Of a DNA stretch of 38,625 nucleotides, positions 16,182 to 24,568 are shown in pieces (the first letter of the stretch is position 1; the number at the start of each line of letters is the position of its first letter). The position numbers and the translations under genes were made by a program. This DNA comes from a virus (lineage: Duplodnaviria > Caudoviricetes). The notes below the pieces were generated by a model. It was given only the letters and a program-made list of their open reading frames with translations. It made no database searches and was not told the DNA's origin. The stretch lies in IMG/VR virus record IMGVR_UViG_3300048998_000250, positions 1-38,625 of that record, one strand, 5' to 3'.

Positions 16182-17354
16182 ATGCGGTCCAATCAGTCCA
16201 ACAGACACACGCTCGTCGTCGCGGTGGGGTGGTGCGTCCTCGTCGCGGCGTGCCACGGCGGCAGCGCGGCGCCGATCGCGGCCGATGGGCCGCTGGCGAT
16301 CCGCGCCGGGTCGGGCAATCACCAGGTCGTCCAGGCGGGGAACGGCCCGCTCCCCGCGCCCGTGACCATCCAGGTGGGCTATCTCCCGAACGGGCAGGTA
16401 GCGCTCCGGCAGCGCGTGCTCGACGCCGTGCTCCCCGAGAAGGCGTATGCGCAGGGCACCGTGCTGAAGGGGATCGCGGGGCAGCTCGTCTGCGCCGTCG
16501 CCCCGGACCCCGCGCTCGCGCTCACGCCGCAGGTGCCCTGTCAGATCGCCGACGCACTCGGCAACGCGACGTTCAATTTCGACCACGGCACGAAGGCCGG
16601 CGTGGCCCGCGCGCAGGCCCGCGCCACGGTGAGCGGGGCGACGGTCGTCACGGATAGCGTCACCGCGACGATCCTCCCCGGCGCCGCCAGCACGCTGGAC
16701 GCTGCCTACCATGCGTGGTTCGTTGTGAATGGAGCGAAAATGGGCATCGCGTCCCTCGTGGTACGCGCGCGCGACCAATACGGGAACACGGTGCCAACGA
16801 TTCCGACTGTGACCGGCAGTGGACAGTTCACCGTCGTCGGTGACTCCATCCTCGCGCCGAGCACGGAGCGCATCGGCACCGTGACGATGAGCCTGGGCGC
16901 GGCCACGGCAAGCACAATGCTGACCGCTGTGTATGATTTCCGGATCAGGCCGTGGCGCATTGTCGGCCGGTGCGGCCCAGCCCAAGGGTTCACGCACGGC
17001 GAGTTTTTTATTGACAGCTTGTCCTTCGATATGACGACCACGGGCGTTCAATACACATCGGCCGGGTCCGGGGACCCGCTCCTGAACTTTCTGTGGCACG
17101 GGAGTGTTGTCTGGTATGTGCGTCCGATGACTGCGCCGGACACACATACTGTCGTGACGGACACGTTGCCCGTGGCCTACGCGCCGTGGCGACAGAGCGT
17201 CGATAGTCTGGTCCTCGCGGGGAACGGGATTGCTGCGCTGCGCGACGGAACGCAGGCCCGTCGCACCTACGTGCGGCCATGGGTGAATCTGAGTAATCCC
17301 CTGGGCTGCCCGCTCGCTCCCGCAAACGCGACGTGGACATTGGTTGAGCAATAA
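16182..17354 (+). CDS. Lipoprotein with Ig-like domains (moron, antisense to late operon)
   Basis: Signal peptide with lipobox LVAA-C; AGSGNHQ...LPAPVTIQV and ARDQYGN Ig-like motifs. Confidence 0.75.
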   Translation: MRSNQSNRHTLVVAVGWCVLVAACHGGSAAPIAADGPLAIRAGSGNHQVVQAGNGPLPAPVTIQVGYLPNGQVALRQRVLDAVLPEKAYAQGTVLKGIAGQLVCAVAPDPALALTPQVPCQIADALGNATFNFDHGTKAGVARAQARATVSGATVVTDSVTATILPGAASTLDAAYHAWFVVNGAKMGIASLVVRARDQYGNTVPTIPTVTGSGQFTVVGDSILAPSTERIGTVTMSLGAATASTMLTAVYDFRIRPWRIVGRCGPAQGFTHGEFFIDSLSFDMTTTGVQYTSAGSGDPLLNFLWHGSVVWYVRPMTAPDTHTVVTDTLPVAYAPWRQSVDSLVLAGNGIAALRDGTQARRTYVRPWVNLSNPLGCPLAPANATWTLVEQ

Positions 17355-17377
17355 CGCGCGCGCTGGGCGTGGCGTCC

Positions 17378-17818
17378 TCACGTGCCGCTCCGGTGGGGGT
17401 CGATCCCGAGCGGCAGTGCCTGACGGATCGCGTCGCGCAGCTCGACTTCATCAAACTCGATCCTTCCGCTCAGCATCCACGACTCTGCTTGCGCGGCCAG
17501 TTCGTGCGCATACTGCTCGCGCACCACATCGGCCGCTGCGCCCACGGCGGAGCACAGGCGAGAGGGGGTCCAGTCGTTTGCCGGATCGACGTACAGCCGC
17601 CACCGGCAGTCGTGACAGAGCCAGTCGTGATCCTGCGCCGGCTGATGGGCGCCCTGCACGATGGTGTTCGGCACGGCGCGCACGTCGAGGATCGAATCAG
17701 CGAAGGTGCGCCGTCCACAGCAGGGCGCGTACACCTCGACGAGGCATCCTGATTCGATCGGCTCGGGATGCACTCGCAACGGGGCGACGAGTTCGGGGTA
17801 ATGCGCCAGGCTCTTCAT
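17378..17818 (-). CDS. Cys-rich hypothetical protein after tail fibre
   Basis: PCCG and WLCHDC motifs; ATGA overlap with the fibre gene. Confidence 0.65.
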   Translation of the reverse strand: MKSLAHYPELVAPLRVHPEPIESGCLVEVYAPCCGRRTFADSILDVRAVPNTIVQGAHQPAQDHDWLCHDCRWRLYVDPANDWTPSRLCSAVGAAADVVREQYAHELAAQAESWMLSGRIEFDEVELRDAIRQALPLGIDPHRSGT

Positions 17819-20106
17819 GATTTTTCCACCGCCAAGAACAGCACACCAGTGTCGTCCCCAGCCACGGTGAGGGATGCGGGGGTCCCCGCTGTCACGACGT
17901 TGTAGGTCACCGTCTTGCAGGTCACGGTGGCTGTCGCCGCTGGCGTGGCAGAGTACGAGAGGACGATCCGCAGGTCGTAGCCGACGCCGAGCGTCGCCGT
18001 TAGCGAGAGGGTTTCGCCGGTGAGTATCTGCCCAATGTCGTAGGTGTTCGACGCGGCGAGCGCCCAGTTCACATTATCCGTCGCGCTGGTGTTGTACCAC
18101 AGTTGCACGCGGAGCAGCTTGCCGGCCGACATCGCTGTCGTATCGACATCGTAGGTCGCGGTATAGGTGGTGCTCGTCGCGTTCGCCGATCCGAGGTCGC
18201 AGTACGCCGCCGCGCCCTGCGCGGAGATCGCGACCGACGCAGCCGTAGCGCCGTCGAAGGTGGGAGAGAAGTTGTTGCTGGCCGGCGTGCTGGTCGATCC
18301 GCTGATCTGCTGGGCGATCGCCGTGAACCCAGCCGTACTGACGCCGGTCGCCTGAAACTTGACCTTGTTGCCCGCAGTCGGCGCGAGGTAGACCTGCGGG
18401 ATCACCTTGATCTCGGGGGCATTCTCAAACGGGACGGCGAACGTTTTCGACGCCGCATCCTTGGCGGTGATGCCCTCGTTATGCCGGTTCGGCGCGAACT
18501 GCCGCCCCGCTGACGGGCCGAATGCGACGTTCGGGTCCCCGCGCACGCCCGCGCCGATCGCGAGCCCGGACAGCATCTGCTTCCCTGTCGTGTCGATCAG
18601 CGGCACGAGGCCGGTCGGGTCGTAGATCGGCTCCGTGTGGTAGCGCGCGCCCGGCACGGGTATCCCGCCCGAGCCGCCGCGCGCCAGGTCCTCGCCGTCG
18701 CGCCCATAGCCGTGGCCCGCGTTCCGGGGGCCGCCCCAGCGCGCCCGGTCCCGCACGGTGCCCGAGGGCGTGCCGCCGACGTTCGCCGCGTCATTCGCCG
18801 TGCGCGACTCCGTGTTATTCGCGCCCGTCTCCTGCACGGCGCGGCCCCCGCCGACGAGGACGTCGTTCGCGGTATTGCTCCCCGTGACGTCGGCGCCCGA
18901 CTGTCGCACGGCCTTCCCCGCGCCGAACAGGACGTCGGCCGCGGTGCGCGTCTCGGTGACGTTGGCGCCTGCTTCGCCCGGTCGGAGCCCGTCCACGCTC
19001 TGCCCGTTCGTGTAGCCCAAGCTCGCGCCAATCCGCCGGAGCGTCGGGTCGAGGAGCACCGACACGCCGTCGTCGGAGAAATAGGGTTCGGTGATGATCC
19101 GGCCGCCGCGCACGGGAATCCCCGCCGTCCCGGCGCGTGCATCGTCTTCGCTCGTGCGCCCCGTGGCCGTGCCGGCGGTCCGCGCGCCGTCGCGGCCGTC
19201 GTCGCCGAGCGGCACGCGGGACGAGGTCTGCCCGGTGAGGGCATCGGTGATCGTGAGCACGTACCAGCCCAACTGCTTCGGCACGCGCGCGACCGTCACG
19301 GTGAGCGGGAGCGCGGTCGCGGGGCCGCTGGCGAGCGTCGTCGGCGCGGCCTTCCCAAGCTTCTGCGTCAGCGTGTAGGTGAGCGAGGCGAGTGCCGTCG
19401 TTCCCGCGACGACGCTCATCGTCAGCGAGGCGACGAGATCGGAGGTGTCCGTCGAGGACCAGTCGAGCGTCGGGAGCGGCGCGATCGGCCCTGCCGCCGT
19501 CGCGAACCCCAGCGTCTCCCCGGCGAGCACCTTGAGCACGCCGTCGACGTCGTACCCGGTCACGCGGTACGCGATCGAGGAGCCCGGTCCCGGCGCGACG
19601 GTCACGGTCGCCGTGCCCGAGCCACCCGTTATGGGGAGCGGCGCCCATGCCCCCGGTGCCCCGCCAGAGACGACCGTCTGCGTCTCGACCAGCGTGACGC
19701 GGGACTGCGGGTCGACCACCGTGACGGTGAGGGTGCCCAGCGTCGCGGTCTGCGTTTTCGCCGTGGTGATGATCGCCGCCGTCGCCGCGCCGCGGAGGGC
19801 GTTGGCCGGGATCGTCGTCGACTTGCCGGACACCCAGCCCGTGTACGGCGAGGGGCTGTCCCCGAACCCAACGTGCCGGAGCCGGTACCACCGCACGGCG
19901 TTATCCAGCGGCTGCGGGTCCAGATAGACCGGCTGCGTCCCGGGGATGCCCGTCGCGATCGTCGTTGCGGCGCCGACGTTGGGCGACCCGGCGCTGTCCG
20001 GCGCGGACTGCACTTCGAGATCGTAGGCGCGGTCCGAGGCCCAGAGCTCGACGAGCACGCCGGTGACGACCGTGCGGACCGCGCTGGCGGTGAGGATGGG
20101 GCTCAT
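17815..20106 (-). CDS. Tail fibre/tip protein with internal repeats
   Basis: Start MSPILTASAV 2 nt after the upstream stop; FN3-like N-terminus; GA(N/D)xTxxxTAxDV repeats. Confidence 0.75.
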   Translation of the reverse strand: MSPILTASAVRTVVTGVLVELWASDRAYDLEVQSAPDSAGSPNVGAATTIATGIPGTQPVYLDPQPLDNAVRWYRLRHVGFGDSPSPYTGWVSGKSTTIPANALRGAATAAIITTAKTQTATLGTLTVTVVDPQSRVTLVETQTVVSGGAPGAWAPLPITGGSGTATVTVAPGPGSSIAYRVTGYDVDGVLKVLAGETLGFATAAGPIAPLPTLDWSSTDTSDLVASLTMSVVAGTTALASLTYTLTQKLGKAAPTTLASGPATALPLTVTVARVPKQLGWYVLTITDALTGQTSSRVPLGDDGRDGARTAGTATGRTSEDDARAGTAGIPVRGGRIITEPYFSDDGVSVLLDPTLRRIGASLGYTNGQSVDGLRPGEAGANVTETRTAADVLFGAGKAVRQSGADVTGSNTANDVLVGGGRAVQETGANNTESRTANDAANVGGTPSGTVRDRARWGGPRNAGHGYGRDGEDLARGGSGGIPVPGARYHTEPIYDPTGLVPLIDTTGKQMLSGLAIGAGVRGDPNVAFGPSAGRQFAPNRHNEGITAKDAASKTFAVPFENAPEIKVIPQVYLAPTAGNKVKFQATGVSTAGFTAIAQQISGSTSTPASNNFSPTFDGATAASVAISAQGAAAYCDLGSANATSTTYTATYDVDTTAMSAGKLLRVQLWYNTSATDNVNWALAASNTYDIGQILTGETLSLTATLGVGYDLRIVLSYSATPAATATVTCKTVTYNVVTAGTPASLTVAGDDTGVLFLAVEKS

Positions 20107-20108
20107 GC

Positions 20109-22736
20109 CTACACACTCGGCGCGAGCGAGACACTGACCCCGGCCGGCCGCGGTGCGGTCCCGAGGGTATTGGTCGTCGTGAACGTGAGCACCGCCATCG
20201 GGGAGGGCCCCCGGTTCGCGTCCCGGTGCAGCACGCCCACGGTGTACTGCGTGAGCGCGCTCAGCCCCCAGAGGCGCCGCATGACGCTCCCCGGCCGGAG
20301 GGCGACCAGCTTCATCGTCTCCGCCCACGCGCTCGGCACGCCCCCCGTGACGAGGTACAGTTCCACGGCCAGCGTCGCATCTCCTACGGTCCAAGTGACG
20401 TCCGCCCGGTTGGCGTAGAGCATGCCGGCGGGGACCGCGAGGGCCGTGGGCGCCAGTACGGCGGGGAGGTCGACGTATCCCGTGCCGCCCGCGACCGCCC
20501 AGCCGGACGGCAACTTGAGCTGCGTGCCGATCGGCGTGGAGCGGGCGCGGAACCAAACGCGCGTCCCCTTCGGGTAGGGCCCGAGGCGCACCGTCCCACT
20601 CGATGTCGCCGGGGCCTCCAGCCGGAGCCATGAGGCGGCACGCTCATCAGGCCGCGTCGCGGTCCCGGCCGGCGTGATTGCCACTTCGATCGCGACCGTC
20701 TCGCCTGCCGCGTTGAGCGTGAGCGGGAGATCGACCGACGTTGGATCGCTACTGAGGACCGCAGTGCCGAGGACCGGCGCGACGGCGACCGAGGATGCGC
20801 CCGCGTCGAGGAACTCGAGGTCGATCGTGTTCCCGTTCTCGGTCCGCGACAGGCAGAGGCCGAGCCGGTTCGCGCCACGGCTATTGCTCGCCGGGTCGGG
20901 CAGTTTGGACACCGTGAGCGTGTACCACTGCCCCACCTGCGCGGCCGACGGGACCGGGGTGCGGCGGCAGTGCAGCGTGTATTTGGCCGCCCCCGTGGCG
21001 TAGGGCGCGAAGAACCCCTCGAACAACTTGTTGATGTCCGAGCCGGCCGTGACGCTCCCGCTCACCACGGCGAGCGAGAGGCCTGGATCATCGTTGACCG
21101 AGGCCGCGCGCGGGGGCTCGTTCTCGAAGTAGCGAATGCCCTTCGCGTCGATCTTCTGGATCTTCTCCCCCACGTCGCGGAGCGTCGAGAGGTCGTTCGG
21201 GATCAGCACGGAGTCCTGCGTCGGCGACTGCAACGACAGCGGCCAGATCGGGTACTCGTCTCGCTGCTGGAGCAGGGACAAAAATGTTTTCGGCCGGTCG
21301 ATGTAATACGTGATCTCGGCAGCCGTGATCGCGGTGTCGCGCGAGACGGACCACCCCGGGGTTGCCGTCGTGTCGAGATCGTCGTCGACGAACGTACCCG
21401 CGGAGACGGTGTTCGCGGTCCGCCGAAGGTCGATCAGGACGACGTTGCCGAGCGCGTCGAACCGATAAGCCAATTGAAACACCTGGCACAACTGCTGTTC
21501 GAGGAACGTGCTCGCCGTCACGGGGGCGTCAATGACAAACCGCGCCTTCCGGAACCCTTGGTCGGCCAGGAGCGCGGCCCAGTGCCCGGTGTCCGCGCCC
21601 GAGGTATCGCGCCCCGCCAGCGGGACCAGTGGGCCGCCGCTGGCGGGCAAGCTGAGCTTCCCGTCGAGGATGTCGGCGAACAACTGCACCGGGTGCACGT
21701 CCACGAGGTGCAAGGGGCAGTCCTTGGAGGCGGCCGCGTCGACCGAGACGGCGCACTCCACGATCGTCCCCGGTGCGGGGAAGGCGCCATAGAGCGCGTC
21801 GCCCGGGATCGTCTCGACGACGGAGAGTTTGGCGAGCCGGCGGTGCGTGATGCCGCCGATGTACTGTACGTCCGCCGTGTCGGCGTCGAAATTGGGGTAG
21901 TAGCGGAACGCGATCTGCTGCCCGCTCGCCAGGGTCGTCGTCACGCGGAGCGGCGCCCCTTTGACGATCAGCGTGTGCGCCAGATCGCAGAGCATCGTGT
22001 ACTGCGGCCCGTCGCCGGCAATCGTGATCGACCCGCGACTGATCACCCGCTTGAGACCATCGGTCCGCGTCGAGGCGACGGCGTTGATCGTCGCCGTCGT
22101 CGTGCCCTTGGTCTGGAGTTGCACCCCCATGTCGACGCCGAAATAGCCCATCGGGACGAGCGTCGGGAATCCCGCGTAGCCGCCCCTGGACACACTGATC
22201 GCGTTCACGTAGGCGATGTTCGCCGCGACGGAGACGTGCGGGGCGGCCGTGAACAACTGCCGCTTGAGGTCGTCCGCGAAGTCCCGCACCTGGAGCGTGA
22301 TCCAGAGCGGGCCGTCCAGCCCGAGGTCGTAGATGCGTCCCGTGAAGTAGGGGGCCCACGTGCCGGTGAGCGTGACGTCGCTCCAGTCGAGGCACTCCTC
22401 GATGAAGATGCGGCACCCGATCAACTGCGCCTTGCCCGTCGCGTCGCCGAGGAAGCCGGTGGCCCAGCGGTGCAGGTTGTCCCCGCCCGCCGTCGTGCGG
22501 ACGTCGAAGCACTTGAGCGTCAGGGCGCCGGTCGTGAGTTTCTTGGTCAGGTGGTCGATCGCGCCTTTGCGGCCCTTCAACTCGCCGAAGTACGGTTTGA
22601 ACCCCGCGAGTCCCTGCACGCTCGCGATCTGGAACGCATCGGCGTGGGGCGCGGTCGCGGCCGGGGTGAGGACGGTCGTCTCCCCCGCATTCACGCTGCG
22701 CGGGGCGTACACCGTCAGCCGGTAGGCGGGACGCAT
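20109..22736 (-). CDS. Central tail tip/hub protein with FN3-like C-terminus
   Basis: 875 aa downstream of the tape measure and Dit-like genes; LWGLSALTQYTVGV FN3 pattern. Confidence 0.75.
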   Translation of the reverse strand: MRPAYRLTVYAPRSVNAGETTVLTPAATAPHADAFQIASVQGLAGFKPYFGELKGRKGAIDHLTKKLTTGALTLKCFDVRTTAGGDNLHRWATGFLGDATGKAQLIGCRIFIEECLDWSDVTLTGTWAPYFTGRIYDLGLDGPLWITLQVRDFADDLKRQLFTAAPHVSVAANIAYVNAISVSRGGYAGFPTLVPMGYFGVDMGVQLQTKGTTTATINAVASTRTDGLKRVISRGSITIAGDGPQYTMLCDLAHTLIVKGAPLRVTTTLASGQQIAFRYYPNFDADTADVQYIGGITHRRLAKLSVVETIPGDALYGAFPAPGTIVECAVSVDAAASKDCPLHLVDVHPVQLFADILDGKLSLPASGGPLVPLAGRDTSGADTGHWAALLADQGFRKARFVIDAPVTASTFLEQQLCQVFQLAYRFDALGNVVLIDLRRTANTVSAGTFVDDDLDTTATPGWSVSRDTAITAAEITYYIDRPKTFLSLLQQRDEYPIWPLSLQSPTQDSVLIPNDLSTLRDVGEKIQKIDAKGIRYFENEPPRAASVNDDPGLSLAVVSGSVTAGSDINKLFEGFFAPYATGAAKYTLHCRRTPVPSAAQVGQWYTLTVSKLPDPASNSRGANRLGLCLSRTENGNTIDLEFLDAGASSVAVAPVLGTAVLSSDPTSVDLPLTLNAAGETVAIEVAITPAGTATRPDERAASWLRLEAPATSSGTVRLGPYPKGTRVWFRARSTPIGTQLKLPSGWAVAGGTGYVDLPAVLAPTALAVPAGMLYANRADVTWTVGDATLAVELYLVTGGVPSAWAETMKLVALRPGSVMRRLWGLSALTQYTVGVLHRDANRGPSPMAVLTFTTTNTLGTAPRPAGVSVSLAPSV

Positions 22737-22738
22737 CG

Positions 22739-23896
22739 TCAGGCGCTCCGCATCGCGGCCATGGTCTGCACGCCGCGGAGCGTCTTCAGGGCGGCGAGGC
22801 CGACGAACCCGCCGAACGCGCCACCGACCGACCCGGCCCAGAGCGTCGTGTCACTCCATGCCGTGGCGAGGGCGTTGCCTGCCGACTGCGCGCCGAGCGT
22901 CTCTGCGGCGCTATTGATGGACTGGCCGATCTGCACGGACCCGTCGGCGCGGAGCACCGCACGCAGCTCGACGAGATCCCCGATGGACGGCGCGACCGCG
23001 AGCGACGAGGAGACCACCGCGACGTTGTTGTTGTGCTGCGCTTGGTAGACCCCGCCCCCGGCGTAGAGGATGCACGCCGGGGCGGTGTTCCCGGACGCGC
23101 CGATCTGCGCGAGCCGCGCCCCGTTGGTCGTCAGGATCGTCCCCCGCTCGTAGCATCGGGCGTACAGCGTCAACTCCATCGGCGCATACGGGAACGGCAG
23201 CGACACCACGTCCGCGCTCCGCGTCGCCGCCGCCGCGGTCGTCGCGACGTAGGACGAGGCGAAGGACGCGTTCAGCTCCGACTGGCCGCCCCAGAGCGAG
23301 ACCGTTTTGCCGGCGCCCGTGTAGCTGCTCACGTCGGTCGCGCCCGCGCTGTTGTCGTGCGGGCCGAGGATCGGCGAGTAGGTCGTCAGCGTGCCATGCG
23401 AGCCGGTCGCTTCGATCCGGGACCAGCCGTTCGCCAGCGCCGTGACGGCGGAGCGGAGCAGCGTCCAGCCGGCCGCCGCGTAGGTCTGCGTGATCGTGCC
23501 CGTCTGGAGGTCGACGATCACGACCCAGCCGCCCCCGTTGCTCACGCCCACGCGCACGTAGCGCTGCGTGCCGGCCTTGGCATACACCGTGACGGCCGTG
23601 GGCTGCCCGGCGACCACGGGCAGCGTCTGGAAGGCGCGGTTCACCGTCCCCGCGCCCCCTTCCGTGAGCGTCGCACTGGTGAGCGTGCCATCGGGCGCGA
23701 GCGACTGGTTGTCCGCCGCCGCGAGTCCCGCGTCCTTCGACCACGCGGCATTCGTGAACGCCTGCGACCAGAGGAGCGCATTCGTGCGCGCGCCTTCGAG
23801 CAACACCGCGCGCTCGTAGAGGCCCGTCGTGGCGTTTCGCTCGTAGTGGGAATCGCGCGGGACGTTGACCGCAGCGGTTGTGAGTTGGAGGGCCAT
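22739..23896 (-). CDS. Fibre/spike-type structural protein
   Basis: AVNVPR...LLEGARTNALLWSQAFTNAAW...ASSYVATTAAAATRSAD motifs. Confidence 0.8.
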   Translation of the reverse strand: MALQLTTAAVNVPRDSHYERNATTGLYERAVLLEGARTNALLWSQAFTNAAWSKDAGLAAADNQSLAPDGTLTSATLTEGGAGTVNRAFQTLPVVAGQPTAVTVYAKAGTQRYVRVGVSNGGGWVVIVDLQTGTITQTYAAAGWTLLRSAVTALANGWSRIEATGSHGTLTTYSPILGPHDNSAGATDVSSYTGAGKTVSLWGGQSELNASFASSYVATTAAAATRSADVVSLPFPYAPMELTLYARCYERGTILTTNGARLAQIGASGNTAPACILYAGGGVYQAQHNNNVAVVSSSLAVAPSIGDLVELRAVLRADGSVQIGQSINSAAETLGAQSAGNALATAWSDTTLWAGSVGGAFGGFVGLAALKTLRGVQTMAAMRSA

Positions 23897-23898
23897 CG

Positions 23899-24132
23899 TC
23901 AGGCGTTCCCGTGCGCCAGGGCGGCGCTGCCGCGCGTGACGGTGCCTTGCGCGAGGCCGCCCCCCGCCTGATAGCGGAGCAGCGTGTCGGCCAGCGCCGT
24001 GGTGGCGCTCGCGCTCGTCCCGCGCGTGGCGGTGCCTTGCGCGAGGCTGTCGCCCGCGACGTAGCGCAGGAGCACGCGTGTCGCGCCCGGCGCGGCGCGG
24101 CGCAGGCCGTCCTCCGCGCTACCAGCCATCAT
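23899..24132 (-). CDS. Small ORF with internal duplication (likely split N-terminus of downstream gene)
   Basis: LLRYVAGDSLAQGTATRG / LLRYQAGGGLAQGTVTRG repeat. Confidence 0.55.
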   Translation of the reverse strand: MMAGSAEDGLRRAAPGATRVLLRYVAGDSLAQGTATRGTSASATTALADTLLRYQAGGGLAQGTVTRGSAALAHGNA

Positions 24133-24565
24133 ACGGCGTGGTGGCGTTGCGAATCTTGAACGCGAGCCGGCGCTGGCCGTCCGCCTCGGGCGTGGGGAGC
24201 CCCTGCATCGGCTCGAACAGGTAGGAGTCGATGGACGTCGCGCCCGTCGCGTCGGGGTAGAAGCGGATGATGTTCTTCGCGCGTGCCCACTCCAGGAACG
24301 CGCGCCCGCCACTGGCCCCGTCCCATCCCGTCGCGAGCGGAGACGCCGTGTCCGTCTGCGGAATCCACCGCGCTTCGCACTGGAGCACGTAGTCGGTGCC
24401 GACGATCCACGAGTCCTCGATGCCGGACGGGGATTGCACGAACACGCTGCCCGCGCGCGGCTCCGAGCCCGACGTGGCGTTGTCGAGGCGGTAGCCGACC
24501 GAGAGCGTGTTCGCGAAGCCCGCGCCCCAGAGGATCTTCGCGAGAGCGAGACGGTAGGTGGGCAT
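24119..24565 (-). CDS. Distal tail (Dit-like) protein
   Basis: 148 aa directly after the tape measure; assigned by synteny. Confidence 0.65.
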   Translation of the reverse strand: MPTYRLALAKILWGAGFANTLSVGYRLDNATSGSEPRAGSVFVQSPSGIEDSWIVGTDYVLQCEARWIPQTDTASPLATGWDGASGGRAFLEWARAKNIIRFYPDATGATSIDSYLFEPMQGLPTPEADGQRRLAFKIRNATTPYDGW

Positions 24566-24568
24566 CGG

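Noticed and set aside
14713-23896. Diversity-generating retroelement or invertible fibre cassette
   Set aside because: No reverse transcriptase or invertase, and no near-identical TR/VR pair seen; the paralogues are divergent.
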